From Tubulanus polymorphus (Eukaryota; Animalia; Nemertea): a DNA stretch of 64,000 nt. The notes beneath the pieces were generated by a model. It did no database searches. It saw only the letters and a program-made list of their open reading frames with translations, and was not told the origin of the DNA. Below are positions 1 to 11,600 of this stretch, piece by piece (position 1 is the first letter of the stretch; each line of letters begins with the position of its first letter). Location: assembly GCF_964204645.1 (NCBI RefSeq), contig NC_134029.1:21446950-21510949 (forward strand), given 5' to 3'. Made by a program: the position numbers and the translations under genes.

Positions 1-241
1 TTTCACAAATTGCTGAAATTCAATGCCGAAAATTTCATTTTCACGTGAAAATAAATATGTTTGACTAAAAATAAAACGAACCTATATCGCACAGTTCGGC
101 TAACAAAATCGAAACAAAAAATTGAGTTTAACAATAACAAAAACACAAATTCTTACAAAAATCAACAGATACAATTAATAATTTAAGGTTTGTGGAGATG
201 AGATTCTACTTCGATTTAGTAGTTTAATATTTGATTCTTAC

Positions 242-2206
242 CCTCCGGGTGATTCGATCGGTACTTAACGCTGGATTGATGCGAAAAGTTCCGCGATGCT
301 ATGAGAGCCGTTTGCGATGTAGCTGATTTACTGCTCGCTAGACTGTTGCGTCTGCTTTGAATATAGGTCGATACGCTGAAAAACATACGTAAGAGTAGTC
401 AATATATCAGTAGTCCTTTTCATTTCACATTTTCTCACCAACCAGAACACGGCTTAATATGACTATGAAATTATGGGTCATCATTATTTCCAAGATGAGT
501 TCATGTCAAGCAAAAAACAAAATGGCAACTTATTCAACTGGAGAAAATTAGGATCTAGATAGGTCAAGGATAAGTAGTAATAGTTTAGGATCTGGCATCG
601 TTGACTCTTGTAGTTAGAACACAACGCTACCACAGCGTACTTGCAAGTTCGCATCCCAATTTTTGTGATTGCTCAGATTTTTTAAAAGAGTCCAGCGGAT
701 TCTTGCGTACACATCGAGGCAACTCATCTTAGAAGCAATGATGACCAGATTTATGCAGCTACAATGTATGCAAGACATTTAGGAACATATCTTTTCTTGA
801 TTAATTAGGAACAGAATTTGGTATTAAGGATTCCTTTGTATTCATATGCCTGCAAACTTACTGATTAATCAAATCTTCCAATAATTCCATATAATGTTCG
901 AACTCTCTTTTTCCAAATTCCTAAAAAAATGAGACAGTAAATTTCAGATACTGCCGTATTTGAGTTAATCAGGTTGAAAAAACAGTCATCTATTTCCAAA
1001 TAGAATTACAGTAGTCGAAACATAGTGAGTGGGTTTTTGATGGACTTACAGCTGGATCATGTCTCGCATGCTCATAAACATCAGCAAAATCGTGAATTAA
1101 ATCCGTCTTGATTCCTTTTAAAGGTCCCGACTGTAGCGTTGTCAAATAATAACGTAAGTTCTGACCAGGTTTTCGGACCAATGTCCGGTCATAATAGCGA
1201 ATTTCCTGATCTAAAATACAGTTCCATAATGAAGATCATTGAAGAATGAAGATCATTGTGTCGTATTGAAATTTCTAAAATCTTGAGCTTCATTTTTTTT
1301 AAGCTTTTACCTAATGAGGTCAACGAATCCATAGCTTTCATTCTGTACAAAAAATGCGTATCTAAAAACGAATCGAAAATTAAGGCCAAGACATTTCAAA
1401 TGTTAAGGTTTTTGTGTCCAAATCGTCCAAGTAATCCAAGTACAGTAAACCTCACATAACTCAGACACGATGGGACTGGCATAATTGGCCCAAAAAATGA
1501 TTTCATTTTTTGTTCAAGTTGGCCATATGCGAGTAAGGTGAGATTTTACTGTGGTTACGGCTCCAATTGTTTCTGCTAACCTTTCTCCCCGGTTTTAAGC
1601 GCCTCGGTATATTTTTGGCAAAGTAATTTAGGCTCCACTTTGATATCGGCCACTCGACGTAATCTTGATTCAATTTCTTGTTTTAATGCCTACAATACAT
1701 AAAATATTACAGTCAATATATCATTATTTAATGAGATTCGTTGAGGGAATGAAATATAAAATCTGTACTCACGAAGGGAGCGTCTGCCCCGATTGCGCTG
1801 TGTGGAATTCGACTAGCACGGATTGTAAACCGGGTTATTTGACGTTTCACGAATAAGAACAAGATCAACGACACCTAGAAATAATAAACCAATCTCTAAA
1901 GCGAAGTGAGCGCAATTTTGGTCGCCTACGAATAATTTATGAAACTCATATCATAATTTATGAAATGTATGTCCAAGGCTCGAATTTAGTCTCAGGGCTC
2001 AGTTTTATAAATACGATTAAAGCCTAAATTGATTCTAAATAAACTGAATTAATGAAGAAATTAAATTGATTAGGGTTAAACCTTTTTGTGAAACTGGGCC
2101 CAGGTTCAAACCTAGATTCTCAATATACATCGTAAGTGTATTGGTAACTTACCAATGCTCCGCATGCTATGAAGAGCACTATACTGACATATGAAATCTC
2201 TCTCAT
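242..2206 (-). CDS. C1orf43: C1orf43/NICE-3 family protein (probably 3'-partial)
   Basis: Phase-consistent GT-AG exons 2206-2153, 1874-1773, 1689-1581, 1361-1311, 1210-1050, 920-862, 375-242 give MREISYVSIVLFIACGALVSLILFLFVKRQITRF...ALKQEIESRLRRVADIKVEPKLL...HFLYRMKAMDSL...YEHARH, matching recalled NICE-3 motifs (FVKRQIMRF, YLYRMKA). The last exon is less certain: it has a donor at 241 but could read through to a nearby stop. Confidence 0.88.
477..746. mobile_element. MITE-like element in C1orf43 intron
   Basis: 26-bp terminal inverted repeats, ggtcatcattatttccaagatgagtt / aactcatcttagaagcaatgatgacc, with 3 mismatches. Confidence 0.55.
1996..2100. mobile_element. MITE, CWG-target (Harbinger-like) group
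   Basis: Termini ggctcagttt...aaactgggcc flanked by CAG on both sides; same terminal motif as the elements at 19304, 40932, 56213 and 57632. Confidence 0.6.
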
Positions 2207-2302
2207 GGCTTGTATTCTTCAATTACACTACTACTAAATCAAAACATTAAATTTATCATTAAACAGATATAAAGAAATATATCAAGACTTCAGTTTTGTC
2301 CT

Positions 2303-2494
2303 GTCCTGTGGCATGGTGGTTAAGGTGTTTGACTCACAACTGAGAGGTTGAGGGTTCGAATCTTAGTGAAACCATGCATTCAGGCAGGACACATATCAGC
2401 GTTCGTCGACTCACTGATTAAAAAAAAAAAGACGCTGTGGGACAATGCCCAACTACGGCGGGTCCTCCACATTACTCTAAAGAAGAAGAAGAAG
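2303..2494 (+). mobile_element. tRNA-derived SINE
   Basis: tRNA-like head with A box (tggcatggtgg) and B box (ggttcgaatc), an anticodon-like loop ctCACaa, a unique body and an (AAG)n tail. No intact acceptor stem. Confidence 0.65.
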
Positions 2495-3395
2495 GGTGTC
2501 CTGATGATTAAGGATCCTGGTGCTGCTGGTATGATGAGTAATAAATACATAAAAGACCAGGGCAAAAGAAAAGAACCAATATCATGATTTGAACATTTCA
2601 TAAAGCTTGTAAGTTGGGTAGAATATAGTCAGAAACCTGTTGTCTGTCAGGTCATCCTTATTACCGAGATGATGTATTTTACCGAGATCAACCGAGAAGA
2701 AATTAAATATAGCATATTTATTTGGTTATTTATTCCTTATCGATTTTAACACTTGAAATCATGTTATATCAGTAATAAATACCTTCTAGAGTCATATTTT
2801 ACATATTTTTTTTATTAAAAAAATTTTGACTTCAAATACGTAAACTCGGTTAGGAATAAAATTTCATTGAATTTGATTGATCGACGATCTCATCTCGGTA
2901 TTTTTAAAGTTATTTTTCTACAAAATTATCCGACAAAATATGTAAAATATGACTCCCGCTGGTAGGAATAATAGGCGACTCCCAGCCATCTGAATAAGTC
3001 AGACCCGTTTTCACAACACAAACAACAAGTTAGTGGTTATAATAAGCGCATCGATCCGAAAAAGCTTACCACCAACGATAGCGTTCTGTAGCGTCAACGT
3101 TTGTCACCATTCATAGAAACAATGTCTAATTAGGTCCTGAAGTTTATCTTTTTCTAGTTACCCTTATAGTTCGTCCTAGAGTAGCCATTCAATCATTCAT
3201 TCATTCATTCGGTCATTCATACACCTTTGTATACAGAGGGCGCTGAGAGCAAATAGTGGGCAACGTCAGTTGGGTTCGAACCCCTAAAGAATAGCAAATG
3301 GCAAAAATTATACAGGGATACTGGGGTTGGTCATTGATACTGGTTACATTTTCATTCACTGTCAATTGTGACAAGTCCCTGTGAGTTTTGCAGCT

Positions 3396-3459
3396 TTATA
3401 ACTTTTCGTCTGAGTAGCTTTCCACATGGAGGATCTTCGACAACCAGAGGAAGGCACCG
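3396..3459 (-). other. Diverged duplicate of the mRpL28 terminal exon (alternative last exon or pseudo-exon)
   Basis: Acceptor tttttcag|CGGTGCCTTCCTCTGGTTGTCGAAGAT resembles the true last exon ttttcag|CGGTGCTTCCTCCTGGTTGTCGAAGAT (5672). Same phase, open to TAA: GAFLWLSKILHVESYSDEKL*. Confidence 0.6.
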
Positions 3460-4047
3460 CTGAAAAAAATCATCTCTCTACAAATGATAACTTTGAAGGC
3501 GGCGTGTAGTTTGAACTGGATTGAACACATAAACGTCTTTGCAGTTCGACGGATATGAGGTGGCAAAAATAACGGATCCGGTTCCACAAATTAGCATTTG
3601 CATTGATCCTAAAGGACAGAATTATTTAAAATTAAAGCTGAAATATTCTGACTCATTAATTATAATGTATACCCTAATTGATCCTTATAGATCATTAATA
3701 TACCGTAATTCATTTCATAAGAATTCACGGATATATTTCACGGATATATTTCTATACACTATGTTTATTCTCACGAAAGATTTATTCGCCAGTAAAACAT
3801 GAAAATAATGGGGGAAAATAAATTTCTTATTTCACACTTTCAACTAGATTAATCTTCGTTTCTCGGCCCTGCCCACAGTTGATTGACCATTGATGCGGAC
3901 ACAAATTGATATTACACTGTATTAATTTGCATCCAGTGAGACGGCAAATGGATTTATCCAGTGAGACGACAAAAACAGAAAATCATCCTTTTAGCATTAG
4001 TGTAAAATTGATGTATACATATTGAGATAGAATAGTGTTATAAACGA

Positions 4048-5016
4048 ATGCAGGTTCCAGCAGAAGATATGAATTTAAGTCGAATTGAGATTGGTACACC
4101 GTATCATAGTAACATCTACATCATGTCTTTGCACAACAAGTCCGCTAGGCCTCGTAGAATTGCTCTGATCACGCTGCCGATTCTTTTCTGCCTTGGCTTT
4201 TTCGGCAATTCGGCTACTATCCTAGTGATGACAAGTAGAAGATTTCGTCGTTTCTCGTATGCCAACTACCTCATCTTTTTGGCGATCAACGATTTTCTAA
4301 TTTGCATTAGTTCGATTTTGATGCCGGTCGTACAGTTTCTACTCATGCGCGTTCATGTATACATATTGAATTCCAAAATTAGTTGTCTGATTTATGAATG
4401 CGTGATGGAGGTTGCCGCTAGTAACAGTTCTTGGTTAATCGTAGCGGTATCTGCAGAACGGACAATAGCCGTGCTCTTGCCATTCACATCTCGTTGGGTG
4501 TGCACCCCCAAATTTGCGCGAGTAGCCACCGCCATACTCTTCGGAGTAAACATAGCGGTCAATTGCGGACCTGTTAGTGCCATTATGATGTATTCCGGAC
4601 GAGTTTGTATCTACGAATTATCGGATCGAACCAAATTCTCTATATTTTTTGCCTCTTATACTTTCGTATTTCCGTTAGTATTAGTAACTATTTGTAACGC
4701 GGCTATTATCATTCGATTACTCAGCGGACCGAATCTAGAGTCGACTGATGATAAATCTGCCAAAACAAAACGGACAACTATCATGCTTGTAACAGTTTCA
4801 CTTGTATTTGCGGTTCTCACATTTCCGTCAACTGTCACAAATTCACCGATTTCAAACGATCCAGTAAAATATTTACTCGTAAACTATTTCTCTCAACTGC
4901 AATGCATGAACTACGTCGTCAATTTTTACATATACCTTCTATCGGGTAGCGAAATACGTAAATATTTCATCCAGAAAATTTACCGCAATCACCGAGACTC
5001 GGTTCTACAGATGTGA
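4048..5016 (+). CDS. Intronless rhodopsin-like (class A) GPCR, peptide/FMRFamide-receptor-like orphan
   Basis: 322-aa ORF with 7 hydrophobic segments, TM1 GFFGN, TM2 LAIND, TM3 C...SSWLIVAVSAERTIAV (DRY variant), TM6 FAVLTFP and TM7 NYVVNFYIY. The real start may be the ATG at 4123. Confidence 0.9.
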   Translation: MQVPAEDMNLSRIEIGTPYHSNIYIMSLHNKSARPRRIALITLPILFCLGFFGNSATILVMTSRRFRRFSYANYLIFLAINDFLICISSILMPVVQFLLMRVHVYILNSKISCLIYECVMEVAASNSSWLIVAVSAERTIAVLLPFTSRWVCTPKFARVATAILFGVNIAVNCGPVSAIMMYSGRVCIYELSDRTKFSIFFASYTFVFPLVLVTICNAAIIIRLLSGPNLESTDDKSAKTKRTTIMLVTVSLVFAVLTFPSTVTNSPISNDPVKYLLVNYFSQLQCMNYVVNFYIYLLSGSEIRKYFIQKIYRNHRDSVLQM

Positions 5017-5617
5017 GTCAATCATGACATTTACCCTTTGCTAGAGTAATATATCATTGAAATATCGGTCTCAACATTGTTAGGATCATGGACGGATTCA
5101 AAGGCCAATTTTGAAGGACTTGTCTCATCCCAATACGGCACTTAGATGCCCAAAAGCATTATTATGTGTACTCCCCTTTGAGCGGCCAGTTTAAAAGACT
5201 TGTCACATCCCAAAAGGGCACTTTGTCCACAAAGGTAATAATAGGGGCACTACTGCATTGAAATATACCGATTAGATTTGTTGACAAAATAGAAAAGGGC
5301 ACTGTCAAAAAAAATTTGATGGACTTGTACAAGCCTCACAAGTCCCCCTGAATCGGTCCCTGGGTCCAAACCTTCATACAGATTCCGAAAAATGTTGTTA
5401 GTTGCAATGTGTAGATATTGGAGATTAAGTCAATTTCAGGAGTTCAATGCCTTTAAATTCCTGAAAGACAACAAAATATTGGAAGAAAAAATAACTAGGC
5501 CTAAAACATATATTCTAATCATCCAATCATTTAATTGGATAATATTTGATCATAATTTATTTTCACATTTTTTCACAAGACAAGTCCATAGTTTCAGCTT
5601 TAAATTCAACCTTTTCA

Positions 5618-8600
5618 TCAAGTACCCTTCTTTCCAAATGGATTCATCTTCGACAACCAGGAGGAAGCACCGCTGAAAAAAAAAACCAGAAATAAATCAC
5701 ATTACCTCAAAACATAACTCCTCCCTGCATATATGGCAACTCTGAAGGCCGTGTAGGTTAGTATGAGTTGTGTAAATTGTTCATGTACATTAGGAAAATT
5801 TAAACCGCCAAACCAGGAAGATATTAATATAGAATTTACCTAGTTACAGAGCCACCAGTAGAATATCCTTCTTCGAAATCTAGAATTTAGAACACAACAA
5901 AAAAACATGATGAATCATGACAACATTCCAGCACAAAAACGTTTGATGAAAATAACAATATCATGAACAAACTAACCTGCTATTTCCTTCAATAATTCTG
6001 TCATATAAACGTCTTTCAGTGGCTTCGTTTGCTGTATTCTGTTTTGCTCTTCCAAGTCGCATTGTTTCTTCCACGCTTCATATATCGACAAACCCATCCA
6101 TTCTATTTCCTCTTTCTGAAAATAAAATACAAAATAGCAAAATGATGAGCGCAAATAAATCTTTGATCAAATCTTCGAATTAGATTTCTGTTGAAGTTGA
6201 AATCAGTCATTAAATCATGTGGGAAGGAATTCTAATGAATTTGGGGCTGATATTAAGAACAGTGATAAAACTGAAGCCCAAACGTCTCGACTTAAATCTT
6301 TTTACAAAGATTCGAATGTGATATTATCAATGACATTGGCCTTACGCCAATTAATCTTGCAGAAAATTGAAACTTGACAGGCTCGGTAGAATTTCAGCAC
6401 TGTAAGTGGATTTGTCAATGGAAACGCATTGAGAGAGAACAGTGAGGACATTGTCGCGGGTGCAGTAGAGTGAATGATTACAACAACGAATGACAAATAA
6501 GTATAACTTATGAAACGTGACTTCAATAATGATCATCTGAAGTGAATCGGGTGTTAAAAGTGAATAACACGAGTCCTTCATTCTCTATAATTGCCAATGC
6601 AGATTGAGTATCGATAACCTATCGAAAATTTTACTCGTACATGAATCCAAAAATTAATGTTAAATTTTGGACGCTGGGGCCGGTTTTAAAGACTGGTATT
6701 AACTTTAGCCCGGGAGCTAACCGAATTCATTTTCAATTGATTTAACCACCTGGTTAAAGTTGATACCAGTACCAGAAGATTATCACCAATACTTTGATGT
6801 AATTCAAGAAAACTCTTCAAAATTTAATTCATTGAAGTCCACGAACCTATTAAAAAACTCACAGATTAAAGGTTTAGATAAAGTGATTGTATTTTTGTCA
6901 CCGGCACTTTTTTCCTCCTTAAACCATGCATAACCTCGTATAAATGACTGTTTGATTTTTGTCTCCAGATATTTCACGTGTTTTATTGTGTGCACGGCTC
7001 GATTTCACCGGAATAAAGTCAATTCAAACAGAACGTTGTTTTGATTATAACTGTTCATCTTACCATGTAAAATAACACGCATTCTCACACTGTGGAAATG
7101 TTTAAAAATCGAAACGTGTTATTGAATAATTCATGCGAACTGTCACTTCGTGTGACAAGACTTTCTCAACCGACAAAAGTGTGCATTCATGTTCGATCGT
7201 ACAAATGAAAAGGATGGCAAAAAATTCAAATACTTGCTATCTAATTAGAATACATGTTTAGAAAATGAAATCTCTGTAAGGAAATCAGAACATAAGCACA
7301 CATTGAATCTAGCTATTATCAAAACATTCATCATAAAGGATATACTCTTGATGATTTCAGAGAAATAGTTTCGTGAGCAAATAAAAAAAAAAATTCTGAT
7401 AAAAATCGAATAAGTCTGAGGTAAATTAGCATTCATAATGCTCATTGTAGCTCATAAGCTGCATTCAAACCACATTTTAAATCTAGTCCGTTCCAATTTA
7501 GAACCCAACCAAGCGAAAGGCCAGTTCCATTTTAAAACAACCAACTTAGATTGACTAAAAAGACCGATCCGGCTCCATTTTGAATTTCAGGACTATTTCT
7601 CTGCGTGTGATAACAATTGATTTAAAAACATGTGTGAACGCAAAACATTGATTTGGTCTGAGCCAAATTAGTCCATTTAAAATCGGTTCATCGGTCTGGG
7701 TATATTATAACAGACTAACTAGTGATAGTATTTACGCAACAGAAATAAAACATTTTTACTAAAAAATCAAAACCATCAGTTGTCCATATTCATTCTCTAA
7801 TTGTACATAGTACAAAAAAACCCCCAAATATTCGTAACTAAATCGGTAATGAATCGAGTAGGACAGTGAAAGTGTTGATTTGTATATTTATCGCTACGAT
7901 GTGAAACCAGTTATTCTAGCGAGTATATTGATCAGGTCAGACCACTGAGAAGGCGCCAGACCAATGACACTCGATTAATCTACCTCTAGCTCGTCGAGTC
8001 GTTAAAAAAATATCAGCCATCATCCTCGTCGTCGTCGCGTCACGCGAGCGAGAATATTCCGCAAGAGGAGACGGATATCGGCGACGATGGACGCCGGCGA
8101 CGTCGACAAACTGTTACAAAACTTCCAGCGGAAATTGAGAATATTCGAAGAGAAGACGAACGTCGCGTGTCAACGTCGTCGTCGCAACGATAAGAAAATT
8201 CGCGGCCACAATTCGGAAAACGATTTCGAATATTTCGACTTGGACGAAAGTCTGAAAGACGGATATTTACCGTGCACTAAATTCAAATTAGATTTCAGGT
8301 AAGAGTAGGACGTAGTCACACTGAGTCCGCGTTGAAACGATCGTAAGATAAAATCCCAGAAAAGAAAAGACACGAAAGAAAAAGGAACACCAGCGCTCAG
8401 GTATTCCTTACGATGACTTTTTTTAAATTCAGAACAAGTAGCTATCAATGATTACTCCAAGCATGAATTATACTCAAGCAACCTTTTGGAGTCACTTTTT
8501 TGGACTTTCTTCTATGAAAATTTTCCAATTTTTTTTCCAATTTGACTTTATGTAAGGTAGGAAGGAAGTGTCTCGGTGAAAATTGAATATGATTTCCACT

Positions 8601-11600
8601 TCTTCCAAAGAAAAATAAGCTTGCGGGTGTTTTAAAATGGAATGAAAACATGGGACCCAAGCCATCGCGTGCTCGATTATAATGAAATTAACATAAATCA
8701 CATTTATTGCTCCCACTTAACATTAAACCATGCAACAATATAGGTGAAATATTCGTAACAGTCGATCGTTTCAAAAAACGCACAATAAAACTCGAAATAT
8801 AGAATATAACTTAAATACTTAGACCGTTTAGTTTAAATACTGCGTGAGAAAATATCGAATGTTTCGACTTCGTCAGAGAGAAAATTGATTCTTTTACAAA
8901 TCTAGGCAATTACGCTTTAAGTGTCGGACAAATAATTGTGCCACCATTATATAGCGAGATATGAATACATTCATTTTAATATGATTCGAGATTGATATCA
9001 ATGACATTGAATTATCATGAAAATGTTATGGCTTTATGAAAGCTTCTTATGTCCACAGTTCTAACTGAAGTTATAAGTCAAAATTGTGTTAGCAACAACA
9101 TTAAACCTCAAAGGAAGATTGAATCCCACTGTCTAGAGTCCACGATCGAATAGACATTTATTAAGAAAGGGCACTTTTTCATCGTCAATAGGGGCACTCT
9201 CTTATTGAAGAAGGGCAGATCTTAAATAGGAAGTGCTATTCATGAAGTGATCGGGTACCTGAATAAATCATTTCAAAATTCCCTTTTTTATTTTACAAAA
9301 AAATAAACATGAAAATTCTATCCAAATTTCAATAATCTTAATCTTTCGATAACCTAAATTTTTCTACACTGGTTTTTTGAAGGGCACTTTTTTAGGGGAT
9401 TCGTGCTAACCATTAACATTAACTCGTTTTGGAAGTACAGAGAGCATGCTTATGAATTCAAACTCTAGGTATCTGACTTAGACGGTTAAATCGAAGAAAC
9501 GTAACTGCGAAAAATCGCATCACGCACGTAAGATTTGAGAATCAGAAAACTGAGAGTTGATACTGCAATAATATCGGAGTTAATGTTGTCACGTTTAATA
9601 ACGTTGGTTTCCACTTGTTGGCATCGCGCGAAACTTCACGAAAAACACATATTAAAAAGCGTCGCTATGAAAAAAATGCCGATATAAAATGCAGCGTTAA
9701 TATCCTATGATCTTACAAATACGTACGTACACATGAAAGAACACGAATTTCACATTAATGACATTTATTGATGTATGAATCGTTCGGCCGGCGCCCCCGT
9801 AGCTTATTAATATTCCACCGCGTATAGAGTGAGTGCGTGAAATCGAAATATTTTTCAAACAATTCGTTCTAACGTCGAAATTCTTCTATATAAAAAAATC
9901 AACATAAAAACTACGGTTTTTTTACCGATAGTAAAAAAAAAAACAACAAATTCAGCGTTTAAGAATCTGATTTGACCATTTATGAATTATCGACTATGAA
10001 GTGAAAGGAATGTATTTTCTAATTCTTTCATTTTTCTCTACTTAAATTCTATTTCACAATATTGCAAATCGTGAGAGTAATATAACTATATGTACATAAC
10101 CGAAATTCAGAAAACAATACCGGTATATCAAATAGATATTTAAAGTTGTAATGACAGTGTAAACAGAAATAGATGTAAATATTGAGAAGTAATAACTTTA
10201 GTTTCAGAATTGTCTACATATATTAGCATAATTTTCCTTCTTCCAAAATGCATCAACATATATAAATAGCAAATTAGGTTTTGTCATTGACTCATTGTGT
10301 ATTCATTGTTTATTAGGAAGGACCCCCGCGTTTACACCCATGTCTACACACCACCCATCTCCTCCCATCATCATCCAAAGTATCAACATGACTTTCAACT
10401 CGAGCGCAATTTTGCACTTCAGGCGTATTGTCGAAAGTGAGATCTTGCTGTTCGGACCCTGTGAGATGCTAACACATTCTGTGCCTGTAATTAGTTAATA
10501 AGTTATGATAATTTATCCGTAACCTGCATGAGGCCATCTGTTATGACAGGGAAAAGTTTCTACAATATATCTTGTGTAATTTCTAAACGATCACCTGGTT
10601 ATACCAAAGAATGACCATCTGCTCTCCAAAATATCATCCCAATTTTTATCGAGATATTCAAATATCCACTGCTATTCAATCAAAAACAAGACAAGGCTTT
10701 TTAGTGTCGAGCTTTATGTCGTAGTCCTAAAACAAATGATTTTAAATTAAAAGAGCCCGTTGTGATTAGGAGAAGCACGCCTCAAATAGATTCTTATATC
10801 AACGCAAACTTTCATTTCTGCTCCTCATCAAAGATCAACTCAGTCAATGTATTTACAACATTTTTAAACCGGCTCTTTGAAGTCCGGTGAGGCAGTTACA
10901 AAAATAAACACACTCAAAAGTTTACTCCCGATAAATCTAGATTAATCGAGGATAATTAAGGAACTTTTGAAAATAACAGAAGCCTTTGACAGCATGAATG
11001 ATAACTGTTACTTTGACACCAGGGTATGTTTAAGCAGTGGATGAATCAATTTAAAACTTGTGACACACAAGTTCAATTTCATATTCGCCACCATTTTTAA
11101 GTGACCACATGATCTCATTCATGCCAGGCTGATATGGTAATTAGGCAAACCCCAATGCACACACAGTCCAATCACAGACTTGTTGGTGGCTTGTCTGCTC
11201 AAGCGGATCTGAGCTGGGTTCAATAGCCACGTGTAATTAGGAGGGCATATAATAGACACACTGAGTGGGAAGTTTAAAAGTGACCAGTCTGTTACCAGTC
11301 TCTTAAATGTTCTGATCAGGTCAGACAGACACGCTATCTACGTATCTACATATCTGTCATTGTAATTACGCAATAAGGATTCAGACGTAATTCATAACTG
11401 AGGAATATCTATATATTTACAAGGTAAGTTCATGCAAGAAAATGAAGTTCATATCACTGTACAGTATAATCTACTAAGGGATGATTGATGGTCTATGTAT
11501 AAAACTACAAAGTTTGTGGCACCAAGTTCTAATCGACCTTATTCAACGCTGATGACAGAAATTCTTTACGATGAATTCAAATCTTCTTTGCTTTCTAGTA

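Noticed and set aside
630-758. Phase-compatible candidate extra exon of C1orf43 (tgtag| at 759)
   Set aside because: It overlaps the 477-746 inverted-repeat element and the peptide shows no family resemblance.
2303-2375. Possible tRNA-Val(CAC) gene
   Set aside because: A and B boxes are present but there is no good acceptor stem, and it continues into a SINE body and (AAG)n tail.
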